Origin: Amoebidium appalachense
Lineage: Eukaryota > Protista > Ichthyosporea
Length of the DNA stretch: 64,000 bases
NCBI GenBank assembly: GCA_963693365.1
Contig: CAVNZM010000009.1
Span: forward strand, 5,524,245-5,588,244
Direction of reading: 5' to 3'
This document shows positions 44,960 to 57,104 of this stretch, piece by piece. The translations under genes were made by a program, and so were the position numbers. Each line of letters opens with the position of its first letter. Within the stretch, counting starts at the first letter, position 1. A model generated the notes under the pieces. It was not told the DNA's origin. It made no database searches and saw only the letters and a program-made list of their open reading frames with translations.

Positions 44960-47795
44960 GTTTACAAACTTAATATACAGCTCCCTAAATAAAAATGCTA
45001 GCAGCCTGAAACTTTGCACACACATCAAACACACCAAGGCCTACAACATGCTACTACTACGAATTATACAGCACACTCGCAACACACAATTTCACTCCAA
45101 CGGGGCTATCTAATTCTCCTGCAAAGAAAACACGTTTACAAACTAAATATTCTTATGCCAACGTCATCTTTACCAGCCCCAGCAAGGGGATACATGAGCT
45201 GGTGCCTGTGGATCAATCTCACAAGCAGGCACAGGTGTGCTCCACCACTCCCTACCTGACAAGGGAAGGAACGAACCATGCCGTGGGTGACTGACGCAGC
45301 GCTGCAGCCCGGGCAAGGAGCGACGCAGGCACCCGAATAGAAAGAACAAGAGACTGGCCGGCTTGCACATACCGGCGGAGGAAGGCATGCGATCTCCACC
45401 GACCACGCAGAGCAATCGTCTCTACCGAAACAACCCCTGACGTAGTCTCTCGAGGCACCACCATGGCGAAGACTGTGAAGATGGAACCCATACTCGTTGA
45501 GGCCGAGGGAGTCACATGCCCCTTGGAACTTGGCACGCAGAACCATCATACGAGAAAGGAAACAGCCGCGCAGAAGGGGGGGCACCACGGAACCAGAAAG
45601 ACAGGATGGCCAACAGGGACGGATCGGTGATGGGGACAAACTGATTTGGACCGGTCTTGGTGTCGGCCAGGCGGATGCCGCCTGTACCCGGTGGCATGTC
45701 GTGGGGAACGGGGTCGTCAGGCAAAATAAGATCCGCACGGGTGAGCATAAGCAGCTCACTGACACGAAAATAACACTCAAATCCAAGCAAAACAGCAATA
45801 CCAAACAAGTGGGCAATTTTGGAATACAAATGATGGCCAATGACGAGGACCAATGAAAAGGGAAGCGGGTGAGTGGTCTTTGCTGGAACAAGCCGGTTCC
45901 AGCCCTGCAGGCTCCGTTGGGCGGCCTGCAGGTGTGGACCCAGGCGTGGCATGAAATGCTTGATGCCGGTAGCTGTGTTGACACAGCGCTGACGCTGGCC
46001 ACGCGATGGATCAATGGCATAACACCCCTGAAAATACTCCACAGGAGGTCGTCCAGTTCGGCGGGGGACTTGGTGTCGGTGCCATAGGGCAGCCAATCCA
46101 GGAACTCAACAACAGCATCCCGGTAGGCGTTGAGGATTGGGGCTTTATGGCCTGGTCAGCCAGAAAACCGCGAGGGACTATCTGTAGGATTGTGGGCTGA
46201 CGGCAGCCACACACAATACAAACGAATGTCGAGGGCAAGCGTGTAGGCAGCCACCTGGCGGCCTACACGGTTAAGGCGTCGGGATGCTGAACGACCCTTA
46301 GCAACAGCCCCAAGCAGCGCCGTCGAATCAAGGCCCCAAAGGTACCGGGAGCCCCATGGGCAGCCGTAGACCAACCTAATCGACGAAGCCACAGGAGCAA
46401 GGCTTCTCCCTCCAGAATGTTGATGTGGTCGGAGTGGCGCCAACGATGACTGATGTTGGTGGTCCACCCGACCACCAACAGCTGCCAGGATAGGTGCCGG
46501 GGGGCGGACGCCCTTGGCTCGTGCACAGGACCAGACAGCTGGCTGTAGTGGCCATGCCGGTTGCAGTGAGGCAGCACTTCGCGGAGAAGCGTTGCTGGAA
46601 GCACCCGGGACACCACTGCACCGGCACCCAACAAGGAAGCATCAGTGCAGAACATGGTGCTAGCAAACCCAGAACGCAAATCACAACGCATCAAAGCGGC
46701 CAAAGCATACATCGCCTGAAGCTCCCACACCACGGGCGGTGGAAGGGGATGTTCCCGACCCCCCAGCTGCTCCACAAAACTGTAGACGGCACTCAGAATC
46801 GACAAAAGCGGCCGCTGCAGCAGTGCAGCCCACACCCAACCACCAAGCAACTGCTGCAAACGGCGCTGCTTGACGACACCCCGACGCAACACGACCTGGG
46901 TTTCCGCCACCAGACGGCACAAGGGAAGCACCAGACGGGCGCAATATCCCAGAGCGATGCATTTCCAGGCCTAGCAGCACCATAGAGGACGACGAACCAG
47001 CAGCCACATCCTTTTTGACATTGGAGGGAAGACCAGCCGGGCCGGTGACGCCATGATACGATTCACACTGACGATTGATGGCGGTGGCATCTGTGCCGAC
47101 CCAGCCACAGTCGTCTACATACAGGGCATGCTGCGTAGCCTCCACAGGCCGCGGCACTATCGCACAGAGGTGCTCAATGAGGGGCATGCCGGCTCGGTCA
47201 GCCAACTGCCCATGGACGTCTTGAGCCACAAGCACAGAATGCACCCAGCCCATGGGCACGGTCTTGAGGGCCAGGTACACAAGCCGGTCGGGCCCAGAAA
47301 TGCCAACAGCCTCCGAAGACACAGGCGGCAATCCGAAGTACCGCCACAGCCACTCGGGGGCAAGAAGACGATGGAACTGGTTGTCCATGTCCAACTTGCC
47401 AAAGTAGAGGCAATCCTCAGGCCCCAGCAACAGATCGGCAAAATCGGCAGGGTTGGGTAGGTGCACCTTGAGGGCAGGATGATCACGGGCAAAGAACAGG
47501 TTGCCACGGCGGCCGTCGAAAATGAAACGGGCTCTGGTGTATTTGCGGACCCCAAACAGCCCATTGATGGCCAGTGGTTTTTCCTTCGCCTCGAAATAGT
47601 GCACCATGCCGCAGTCTTGAAGCCGAAGAAGCAGGGGACCGTATTCCCCACTGGGAACGTGATGCGCCGGTCGGATGCGGCGCAGCTCTGCAGGCGTCGG
47701 CGGAACAGGCTTGAGAAGGCCGCCGTCGCAGTTGGCCAAAAACGGTTGCAGTGTAGGAGACAAAAACTGCAACACGTCCACTGTGGCTCCAACCC
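44959..47795 (-). mobile_element. YR family A partial decayed copy (RT/RH-YR-B1-partial A2); left arm of a second inverted composite
   Basis: YVDD, TDAS and HSLRHGG motifs with multiple frameshifts. Confidence 0.9.
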
Positions 47796-49675
47796 ATCAT
47801 TTGTATTCCAAAATTGGCCCCTTGTTTGGTATTGCTGTTTTGCTTGGATTTGAGTGTTATTTTCGTGCCAGTGAGCTGCTTATGCTCATTCGTGCGGATC
47901 TTATTTTGCCCGACGACCCCGTTCCACACGACATGCCACCGGGTACAGGCGGCATCCGGCTGGCCGACACCAAGACCGGTCCAAATCAGTTTGTCCCCAT
48001 CACCGACCCGTCCCTGTTGGCCATCCTGTCTTTCTGGTTCCGTGGCGCCCCCCCTTCTGCGCGGCTGTTTCCTTTCTCGTATGATGTTCTGCGTGCCAAG
48101 TTCCAAGCGGCATGTGACTCCCTCAGCCTCAACGAGTATGGGTTCCATCTTCACAGTCTTCGCCATGTCGGTGCCTCGAGACACTACGTCAGGGGTGTTT
48201 CAGTAGAGATGATTGCTCTGCGTGGTCGGTGGAGATCGCATGCCTCCCTCCGCCGGTATGTGCAGGCCGGCCAATCTCTTGTTCTTTCTATTCGCGTGCC
48301 TGCGTCGCTCCTTGCCCGGGCTGCAGCGCTGCGTCAGTCACCCACGGCATGGTTCGTTCCTTCCCGTGCCAGGTAGGGAGTGGTGGAGCACACCTGTGCC
48401 TGCTTGTGAGATTGATCCACAGGCACCGGCTCATGTATCCCCTTGCTGGGGCTGGTAAGGACGACGTTGGCATAAGATTATTAAGTTTGTAAACGTGTTT
48501 TCTTTGCAGGAGAATTAGATAGCCCCGTTGGAGTGAAACTGTGTGTTGCGAGTGTGCTGTAAACGTCGTGGTAGTATAATGTTGTAGGCCATGGTGTGTT
48601 TGATGTGTGTGCAAAGTTTCAGGCTGCTAGCAATTTTATTTAGGGAGCTGTAGCTGTTTTTATGTTCTGTGGGATATGCCATATGGATATATTGATGAGT
48701 TTGAGTTATATCTAGTCCGAAATGGGCGGCAATCGATTTGGTCTTTGTGATCTAGGGGTTTTAGCCACTTGTGAAAATTTTTCATTGGTTGATGTGCAGC
48801 TAAAATTCCATTTTGGTAGATTTCATGGATTTGATAGGTTCTAAGTCATTTCTTCATATTTCCATAGGCAAAAATGTGGGCCGCGCTATATAGTGAGCTT
48901 GCGCGGCCCCAGGGAGGTCAGTTGCGGCGCTAATGAGCGCGTTTAGGTCTCTTTAGGCCCAATTTTTATGCTAAGTTTTTGCCCACCCACCACACCCTTT
49001 GCCTATGTAGGCACTAAGCTACGTTTTTTGAGCATGTTTCTGTATGACATTTGTCATTCTTTTCATTGCTCCTGTGGAGCACACCTGTGCCTGCTTGTGA
49101 GATTGATCCACAGGCACCGGCTCATGTATCCCCTTGCTGGGGCTGGTAAAGACGACGTTGGCATAAGAAGCTGTTTTTATGTTCTGTGGGATATGCCATA
49201 TGGATATATTGATGAGTTTGAGTTATATCTAGCCCGAAATGGGCGGCAATTGATTTGGTCTTTGTGATCTAGGGGTTTTAGCCACTTGTGAAAAATTTTC
49301 ATTGGTTGATGTGCAGCAAAAATTACATTTTGGTAGATTTCATGGATTTGATAGGTTCTAAGTCATTTCTTCATATTTCCATAGGCAAAAATGTGGGCCG
49401 GGCTATATAATGAGCTTGCGCGGTCCCAGGTAGGTCAGCTGAGCGCGTTTAGGTCTCTTTAGGCCCAATTTTTTAGCTAAGTTTTTGCCCACCCACCACA
49501 CCTTTTGCCTATTTAGGCACTAGGCTACGTTTTTTGAGCATGTTTCTGTATGACATTTGCAATTCTTTTCATTGCTCCTGTGGAGCACACCTGTGCCTGC
49601 TTGTGAGATTAATCCACAGGCACCGGCTCATGTATTCCCTTGCTGGGGCTGGTAAAGACGACGTTGGCATAAGAA
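47794..49675 (+). mobile_element. YR family A 3' part (mid-YR-B1-A2-spacer-B2) plus an extra tandem partial A-spacer-B
   Basis: Starts at CCATCATTTG in YR; B ends at 49169 and again at 49675. Confidence 0.9.
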
Positions 49676-52600
49676 TACTCTTAAGGGTGCGATTGAATTG
49701 TTCAACCAGCCCATTTGTCTGGGGGCGAGTAGGGTGATGCGAGGATCTGGCGACTAGTTAGGAGGGTTAGCACATCCTTAAACAACTGCGCAGAAATATT
49801 TGACCCATTATCCGACAGCACAAACTCGGGTGGTCCGTGTCGCGCGAAAACATAGCGTGGAAAGCATTAGCGATATCCTCTGCGGTGGGTGGATGATCGA
49901 ACAGCACCAACTCAGCCCACGGTGTGAACATGTCTATGAACACAAGGATATACTGCTTCCCGCTCTTCGCTGGTGGCAAGACGGTCACATCCATGGCCAC
50001 ACACTGAAAGGGGTACTGCGGTGCGAAACCGCGCTGCACGGGCAAGCGGCCCTGCAAGCGTGGCGTTTTGCGCCGCTGGCACCTATTGCACGAATTCACA
50101 CACCGCACGACCTGATGCCACATCCCCGACCACCAAAACGAAGACCAAATGCGATGAAACGTGCGCTGGGCATCAAGATGCCCGGCTGTGGGGGCATCGT
50201 GGCAAGCCGCAAGGATCTGTGCCCTTAAAGACTCGGGGACCCAGACCTGTGGCAGCAGCGTAGGGCGGAGAGTTGCACGCTGCTTCGGTGTCCACATATA
50301 CACCACCCCCTTATAAACCGTGCATCTGCTTGCCTCTAAAGCAACACTTCCATCCACATGTGCCGGCGCGGTGGGGTTGTTGAGGTAATCACGAATACTG
50401 CACAAAAACGAATCTGCATTTTGCGCCGCCTTAATTTCCTCCACAGTAGGCATACCCGGCAACTGTGGAATAGTAAGCGCACGTAACTCCCGGGAAGTAT
50501 TTACCTTCAACCCACGGGTATGATCACGTGCAGCATCAAAGATATGCTCAGCCAGAGGGGGGGTGGGGGTGGGGTTGGCAGTGGCATGCGCACCCTCCCC
50601 CGGTCCACCCTTAACCGCTGACGTGCGCTTGCGCTTCTGCTTGCGCGCCGTTGACGCGGGTTTGCGGGTGGGTGCATCAGCACCACCGTCCGCACGTGCC
50701 CGCCCACACGTCACCACCAGCGCAGGAAACACAACGGTGTCTGGCACAAAATCACTGTGGTCATCTCCGTGCACACACCCAATCAGCGAAGGAAAAGTCA
50801 GATCCGGATCATCTTCGCTGGGCACCAAATTCGCGCTGGAAGGCCGTGAAATGCCGTCTGCATTGCTGTGGTCCTTCCCGGCACGGTGGTGGATGTCATA
50901 GGTGTATGCAGACAGGGCCATCTGCCAGCCAGCAACAATGGGCTCGGGGGCACCACCATTACCATATATGGAAGTCAGCGAAGAATGGTCTGTGCGCAAA
51001 ATAAATGGCTTCCCTTAGGTATACTGATGAAAGGCTTTGCACACAGCCCAATAGATGCCCAAACCCTCTCTCTTGGTGGCGGAGTAATTGCGCTCGCTCT
51101 TACTGAGCGTGCGGGAGACATAAGCAACACCCCGGGGTGTTCCTGCCCGTCATCTCCCACCTGCGACAGCACCGCACCAAGCGCCACATTGCTAGCATCG
51201 GAGTCCACAATGAAAGGCTTGTCGAAGTTTGGATGAGCCAACACGGGGGCATGTGTGAGAGCATGCTTTAGAGCATCAAATGCACGGTGCTGCTCCTCGC
51301 CCCACACAAAATAGGCATTTTTGCGTGTATTCGCACGTGTGCGCGAATTATTCGCTGGAATATTCGCAGGAATATTCTCGCCCGGTGCGCTCACCACAAC
51401 CTCTGATTCGGCTTGCCCAATAACCTCTGTGCTTTCATCTGCAGCAGCAGTACGGGCTAGCCTAGCCTTCTCCTTGGCCGTGCCATTCCGCTTCCGTCGC
51501 GCACTAGATGTGGGGGGCTCATTCCCATGAATCTTTTTGCGCAACTGCTTATCCTGTGGGCTATCACCCAACATGCGCGTTAGTGGCTCGGCCAATGAAA
51601 CTCATATTCGGAACAAACCTTCTGTAATACGAAAACAGACCCAAATCACTCCTTAATTCGGACACAGACGTGGGTGCCTGCTTATCGCGTATCACAGCGA
51701 TTTTCCCGTCATCAACCTTAATACCATCTCTGCCCACACGATGGCCTAAATACGCCACCTCTGTCTGGAAAAAAAAAAAAGTGGCACTTGGACCCCTTTA
51801 GCTTTAGACCAGCCGCGGACAGCCGCCTAAAAACTTCTTCTAAGAGGGTTAAGTGACTTTCCAATCCGGGGTGAACAGAAGAAGGTCATCGATGTACACA
51901 AGCAAGTGAACCCACAGCATGCCCGCGAATACGGTATTCATGGCGCGGCTGAATACAGACGGCATATTCGTAACCCCAAAGGGTGCGCGACAAAATGATA
52001 GTGACCCCACGGCGTAGTAAAGTTGTTTCTGGATCCACCTCAATTTGGTGATAGCCGCCATAGAGGTCAAACTAACTGAACCAGCGCGCCCCACGCAACA
52101 CATCGAGAGAAGTGTATATGCGAGGTAGGGGGTAGCCATCCCTCACAGTGCATGAATTTATTTTCCGAAAATCCAGGCACACTCTTACGCTCCCATCCTT
52201 TTTACGCACTAAGACCATGGGTGCAGAGTAGGGAGAGGTGGAAGGCTCAATGACCCCCCCAGCCAGCCATACTTGAAGTTGCTTCCACACTTGATCCCGG
52301 ATATGGTGTGGAATTTTGTATGGAGGCCGATACTGTGGTTCATTTGTGGTTGGCTCTATCTTCAGCTTTGCCACATTGGACTTGCCATAGTCATGCTCGT
52401 GTGCAGAAAACACGTGCTTCCATCTGCTAAGCAACCTCCGAATGTGCTTAGCGAATCTCTTGCTCTCCGCAGGTGTCAGATCAGGAGGGGGATAGTCTCT
52501 GGGTCCTCCACGCCCGGTGGTAATTCATTCTCGGTGCCCCCTAAGTCGGCATCAGATGCAGAGGCTGTGGGCACGTGGCTCACCCCTGCTGCAATCTGAT

Positions 52601-53810
52601 TGGCTCCTGGTGCGCCCGGCTGACTACCACCAGACTGACCTCGTGCATGGCGGGCCCCTGCACACTGCACATCAGTCTCTTCCCCTGGGCCAGATGCTTC
52701 AGTATCCCTGGCAGATACTCCCTCACGCTGCCCCTGAGTGTCCTCCCTTATATGCCACGGCCCAACTCCTCCCTCAGAGGATGAAGCGGCCGGCCCGAAG
52801 GTACCCTCAGCCAATGAGAACTCGAGATTCCGATTGGAATGCACATGTTCGTTTTGAGAAGAGGAAACCTGCCCCTGCCCGGTACCTGCAACAATACTAG
52901 TGCTGGTAGGGGCTGGAGCACCAGGCACCTGCGACCCTGGGTGCCTGGCCCTAGCTGCAAAAGCAAGTCGGCCTCTGGCCTTCTTCTTTGACAGCCACGC
53001 CGTGGCTGCACAGTCTCCATGCACGCGCGCCCCTGCCTGTACACACGTGCAGGCACACTAGCGAGTACGCGGCCCCCCTCACTAATAATAATGTTGTCCC
53101 CAGTAGCCCCAGTGGTCCCTGATCCCCCCACTGTGGCTCCACTCGTCGGAGGTATGTCTGCAGCCGCCGGCGCAGCAGCAGCAAACACCTGTCCACCCAC
53201 AGAGCCTGACGGTGAGTCTGACCCAACGGCCTCCACACCAGTCTTCCCTGCAGCTGGGGACCCGGACACATCGACCAAAACAGTGAGCATATCACCCTCA
53301 ACCAACGGCTCTAGTGCTGCCACCTGGGTACCAGGCTTCAAATACACATGCTTTTCGGTCAGATTTGTTAACAGCACCTTGCAGCCGAGGCTGCTATTTA
53401 CAGACAAGAGTGATTGCACACTATGCGCAGGGTGGAAGGGAATATCGGTGTTAGACTGAGGTGGGTCTGGGTACGACAACACCCGTCACACCAGCCTCCA
53501 AACCTTCCCCCCATCCTTCATCGAGCACAAAGCCACATTCGACCTGAAAGGAGGGAGATGCACGCCGGTGGTGGTGATAGGTGTTGCCACCTCACCACCC
53601 CGCACCCCCGCCCCAAGCCACCAAACAGGCATATAGCACTCTGCCTGGCCGTGGGCAGGCCTGAGCAGCAAGTGCTTAAACAACAGGTCAATCTGTGCAT
53701 CGAAAGCCAACAAGAAATCCATGCCTAGCAAGGCTGCATAGGGGAGGCCACGCAAAATATGAAAGTATGATTGGCAGGAATGAATGGGCTCAGTTGCCAA
53801 GCCTTGTACG
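49676..53810 (-). pseudogene. pol: Decayed pol of a second Gypsy family related to the 14649-28360 element
   Basis: LPYAALLGMDFL (protease end), SPYSAPMVLV.KKDGS, YIDD, DSDAS, RTDH, HDAPTAGH..CNRC, PQTNGLVEQFNRTL; many frameshifts; no LTRs found. Confidence 0.9.
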
Positions 53811-54217
53811 TCTTACCAGGAGCGAAGTAAATTACATAAAGATTCCAAAGGACATGCATGCACATGCAAAGAGCGTTTTCTTTAGAATGGCTGCAAAGTA
53901 AATGCACATAATTAACACCACAGATAAAAATATATATACTTTGTGTGTAAAAAATTCTTAGCGCCTGTATGAATTTACTTTACTATCACAATGGTGTAGC
54001 ATTTGCAGCTTTTGTCTTACCTCTCCCTGAGGACGAGGTCATGCACGGATCGGCATGTGGAATGTATGGAATGCTTTATCGGGTTTTATGAAAATGTCTC
54101 TAAATATCTCTATTTATTTCAATAATATATTATAATTCATTCATTAACAAAAGTTCATTCAGAAAACATTCAATATTACATTCGTATGACTTCAATCACT
54201 CAGAATCGGACTCTCAT

Positions 54218-55381
54218 TCACTCACAATCACTCTCATCCAGCTCTATCTCTACCCGCTCACACCTCGCCCAATCACAAGTGCATTCTCCCAGACAAGCAC
54301 ATACCCATGGGTCCACTCGACCCATGATGGGGGGGGCTTTCCTGAGATACACATTTACACCTTCAACAGGATCAATGTCCTGCTCGAGCTCTGCAAACTG
54401 CTGATCAATGGCATCATGACGCTTAAATCTTTTTCTACGATTATGCAGAGCGAGATTTTCCTGATTATCATGAATAAATGCAGCAATCTGACGCTCAGCC
54501 TCATGCACGAGAGCCTTCCAATCATCTGCATCTACCAACCTCAACCCCACATTCACCAATCTTTCAACCTCCTCTAGGGTGAACTTGCTATTATTCGCGG
54601 CTACATACCCCTTCACCTGAGACCACGCCATTTCGATTGGGTTGAACCGACACCCCCCCACTGGCAACCACAGAATTGTATGGCCATATGCCTCAGCAAT
54701 CCTGTCGGTCTCCCTCCGTGCATTGGCCACATATGAATCATGCTCCTTACTCACGAGTTCATTCCAAAGAATCTCGACCGTTCGATAATCCTTTGGGTTG
54801 AAATCCTTCTCCATGCCAGTAGTCGGGTCCATCGGCTTGATCCCATTTTCCTCGATCCATTCCTCCATGTATTTCCGGGTGCTCGATTTTGTGGGGGGTC
54901 TGTTCTTCATGCGTGCGTGATACGGTGCGTTATCCATCACGATTACGGTCCCTTCCGGCAACGAAGTGCAAAGTTCCAGGAACCACTCCTCAAAATGATC
55001 GGCGTTCATTTCGAAATGGTAATCGGCCGGTTGATTTTGTTTGCGTTTCTTGCTTCGGAAAACAAATGCGGTATTGCCGTATGCCTCGGTTTGAACCCAT
55101 CCGTCGGCCCCACCCGCACCGACCACCACCAATCTCGGCCCTTTTCCATCCTTGCGTTTTGTTCCGCGCGGTAGCTCCTTGACCGTAACCCCATTGACTT
55201 TCTTGACATTATACCACCCACGTGATGGCCGGTGATTTTGGTTGACTGCCGTTTCGTCGAGAAATACGATTTTCCTGCCCGATTCCTTGTACTTGGCGTA
55301 GTCCAAAGTGAACGATAGCTGTTGTTGTTTGATTTGCTCGATTGTTTGGATATCCGGCACCTCGCCGGGTAAAACACCATA
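54218..55381 (-). CDS. C-terminal DDE domain of an IS630-Tc1-mariner transposase (DD99E, Sailor-like)
   Basis: FLDET, KGPRLVVVGAG, DYHFEMN, VMDNAPYH, FNPIEMAW; 99 residues counted between the second D and E. Confidence 0.88.
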   Translation of the reverse strand, partial: YGVLPGEVPDIQTIEQIKQQQLSFTLDYAKYKESGRKIVFLDETAVNQNHRPSRGWYNVKKVNGVTVKELPRGTKRKDGKGPRLVVVGAGGADGWVQTEAYGNTAFVFRSKKRKQNQPADYHFEMNADHFEEWFLELCTSLPEGTVIVMDNAPYHARMKNRPPTKSSTRKYMEEWIEENGIKPMDPTTGMEKDFNPKDYRTVEILWNELVSKEHDSYVANARRETDRIAEAYGHTILWLPVGGCRFNPIEMAWSQVKGYVAANNSKFTLEEVERLVNVGLRLVDADDWKALVHEAERQIAAFIHDNQENLALHNRRKRFKRHDAIDQQFAELEQDIDPVEGVNVYLRKAPPIMGRVDPWVCACLGECTCDWARCERVEIELDESDCE

Positions 55382-56174
55382 TTCTTATGCCAACGTCGTC
55401 TTTACCAGCCCCAGCAAGGGGATACATGAGCCGGTGCCTGTGGATCAATCTCACAAGCAGGCACAGGTGTGCTCCACAGGAGCAATGAAAAGAATGACAA
55501 ATGTCATACAGAAACATGCTCAAAAAACGTAGCCTAGTGCCTAAATAGGCAAAGGGTGTGGTGGGTGGGCAAAAACTTAGCTAAACAATTGGGCCTAAAG
55601 AGACCTAAACGCGCTCAGTAGCGCCGCAACTGACCTCCCTGGGGCCGCGCGAGCTCATTATAGAGCGCGGCCCACATTTTTGCCTATGGAAATATGAAGA
55701 AATGATTTAGAACCTATCAAATCCATGAAATCTACCAAAATGGAATTTTTGCTGCACATCAACCAATGAAAAATTTTCACAAGTGGCTAAAACCCCTAGA
55801 TCATAAAGACCAAATCGATTGCCGCCCATTTCGGACTAGATATAACTCAAACTCATCAATATATCCATATGGCATATCCCACAGAACATAAAAACAGCTA
55901 CAGCTCCCTAAATAAAAATGCTAGCAGCCTGAAACTTTGCACACACATCAAACACACCATGGCCTACAGCATTATACTACCACGAAGTTTACAGCACACT
56001 CGCAACACACAATTTCACTCCAACGGGGCTATCTAATTCTCCTGCAAAGAAAACACGTTTACAAACTTAATATTCTTATGCCAACGTCGTCTTTACCAGC
56101 CCCAGCAAGGGGATACATGAGCCGGTGCCTGTGGATCAATCTCACAAGCAGGCACAGGTGTGCTCCACTACTCC

Positions 56175-57104
56175 CTACCTGGCACGGGAAGGAACGAACC
56201 ATGCCGTGGGTGACTGACGCAGCGCTGCAGCCCGGGCAAGGAGCGACGCAGGCACGCGAATAGAAAGAACAAGAGACTGGCCGGCCTGCACATACCGGCG
56301 GAGGGAGGCATGCGATCTCCATCGACCACGCAGAGCAATCGTCTCTACTGAAACACCCCTGACATAGTCTCTCGAGGCACCACCATGGCGAAGACTGTGA
56401 AGATGGAACCCATACTCGTTGAGGCCGAGGGAGTCACATGCCGCTTGGAACTTGGCACGCAGAACATCATACGAGAAAGGAAACAGCCGCGCAGAAGGGG
56501 GGGCGCCACGGAACCAGAAAGACAGGATGGCCAACAGGAACGGATCGGTGATGGGGACAAACTGATTTGGACCGGTCTTGGTGTCGGCCAGGCGGATGCC
56601 GCCTGTACCGGGTGGCATGTCGTGGGGAACGGGGTCGTCGGGCAAAATAAGATCCGCACGGGTGAGCATAAGCAGCTCACTGACACGAAAATAACACTCA
56701 AATCCAAGCAAAACAGCAATACCAAACAAGGGGCCAATTTTGGAATACAAATGATGGCCAATGACGAGGACCAATGAAAACGGAAGCGGGGGCGTGGTCT
56801 TTGCTGGAACAAGCCGGTTCCAGCCCTGCAGGCTCCGTTGGGCGGCCTGCAGGTGTGGACCCAGGCGTGGCATGAAATGCTTGATGCCGGCAGCTGTGTT
56901 GACACAGCGCTGACGCTGGCCACGCGATGGATCAATGGCATAACACTCCTCAAAATACTCCACCAGGAGGTCGTCCAGTTCGGCGGGGGACTTGGTGTCG
57001 GTACCAGGGGGCAACCAATCCAGGAACTCAACAACAGCATCCCGGTAGGCCTTGAGGGTTGGGGGCTTTATGGCCTGGTCAGCCAGAAAACCGCGAGGGA
57101 CCAT
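56175..57104 (-). CDS. Tyrosine recombinase, intact 309 aa
   Basis: FRVSE, TKTG, HSLRHGG, GRW and RRY in one frame. Confidence 0.93.
   Translation of the reverse strand: MVPRGFLADQAIKPPTLKAYRDAVVEFLDWLPPGTDTKSPAELDDLLVEYFEECYAIDPSRGQRQRCVNTAAGIKHFMPRLGPHLQAAQRSLQGWNRLVPAKTTPPLPFSLVLVIGHHLYSKIGPLFGIAVLLGFECYFRVSELLMLTRADLILPDDPVPHDMPPGTGGIRLADTKTGPNQFVPITDPFLLAILSFWFRGAPPSARLFPFSYDVLRAKFQAACDSLGLNEYGFHLHSLRHGGASRDYVRGVSVETIALRGRWRSHASLRRYVQAGQSLVLSIRVPASLLARAAALRQSPTAWFVPSRAR

Noticed and set aside
47675-48376. 233-aa ORF as a novel recombinase fusion
   Set aside because: Chance in-frame join of antisense RT to a truncated YR at the inversion breakpoint
48670-48730. Hammerhead ribozyme in the A repeat (TTGATGAG...CGAAA)
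   Set aside because: Core is UUGAUGA rather than CUGAUGA, and stems I and II do not pair convincingly
41408-53810. gag fragment and decayed pol as one Gypsy element
   Set aside because: On the minus strand gag lies downstream of pol, which is the wrong order, and no LTRs bracket them
56175-57104. Prophage or integron integrase
   Set aside because: YR is embedded with RT/RNase H and split direct repeats, i.e. a DIRS-order retrotransposon; no phage genes or attC array
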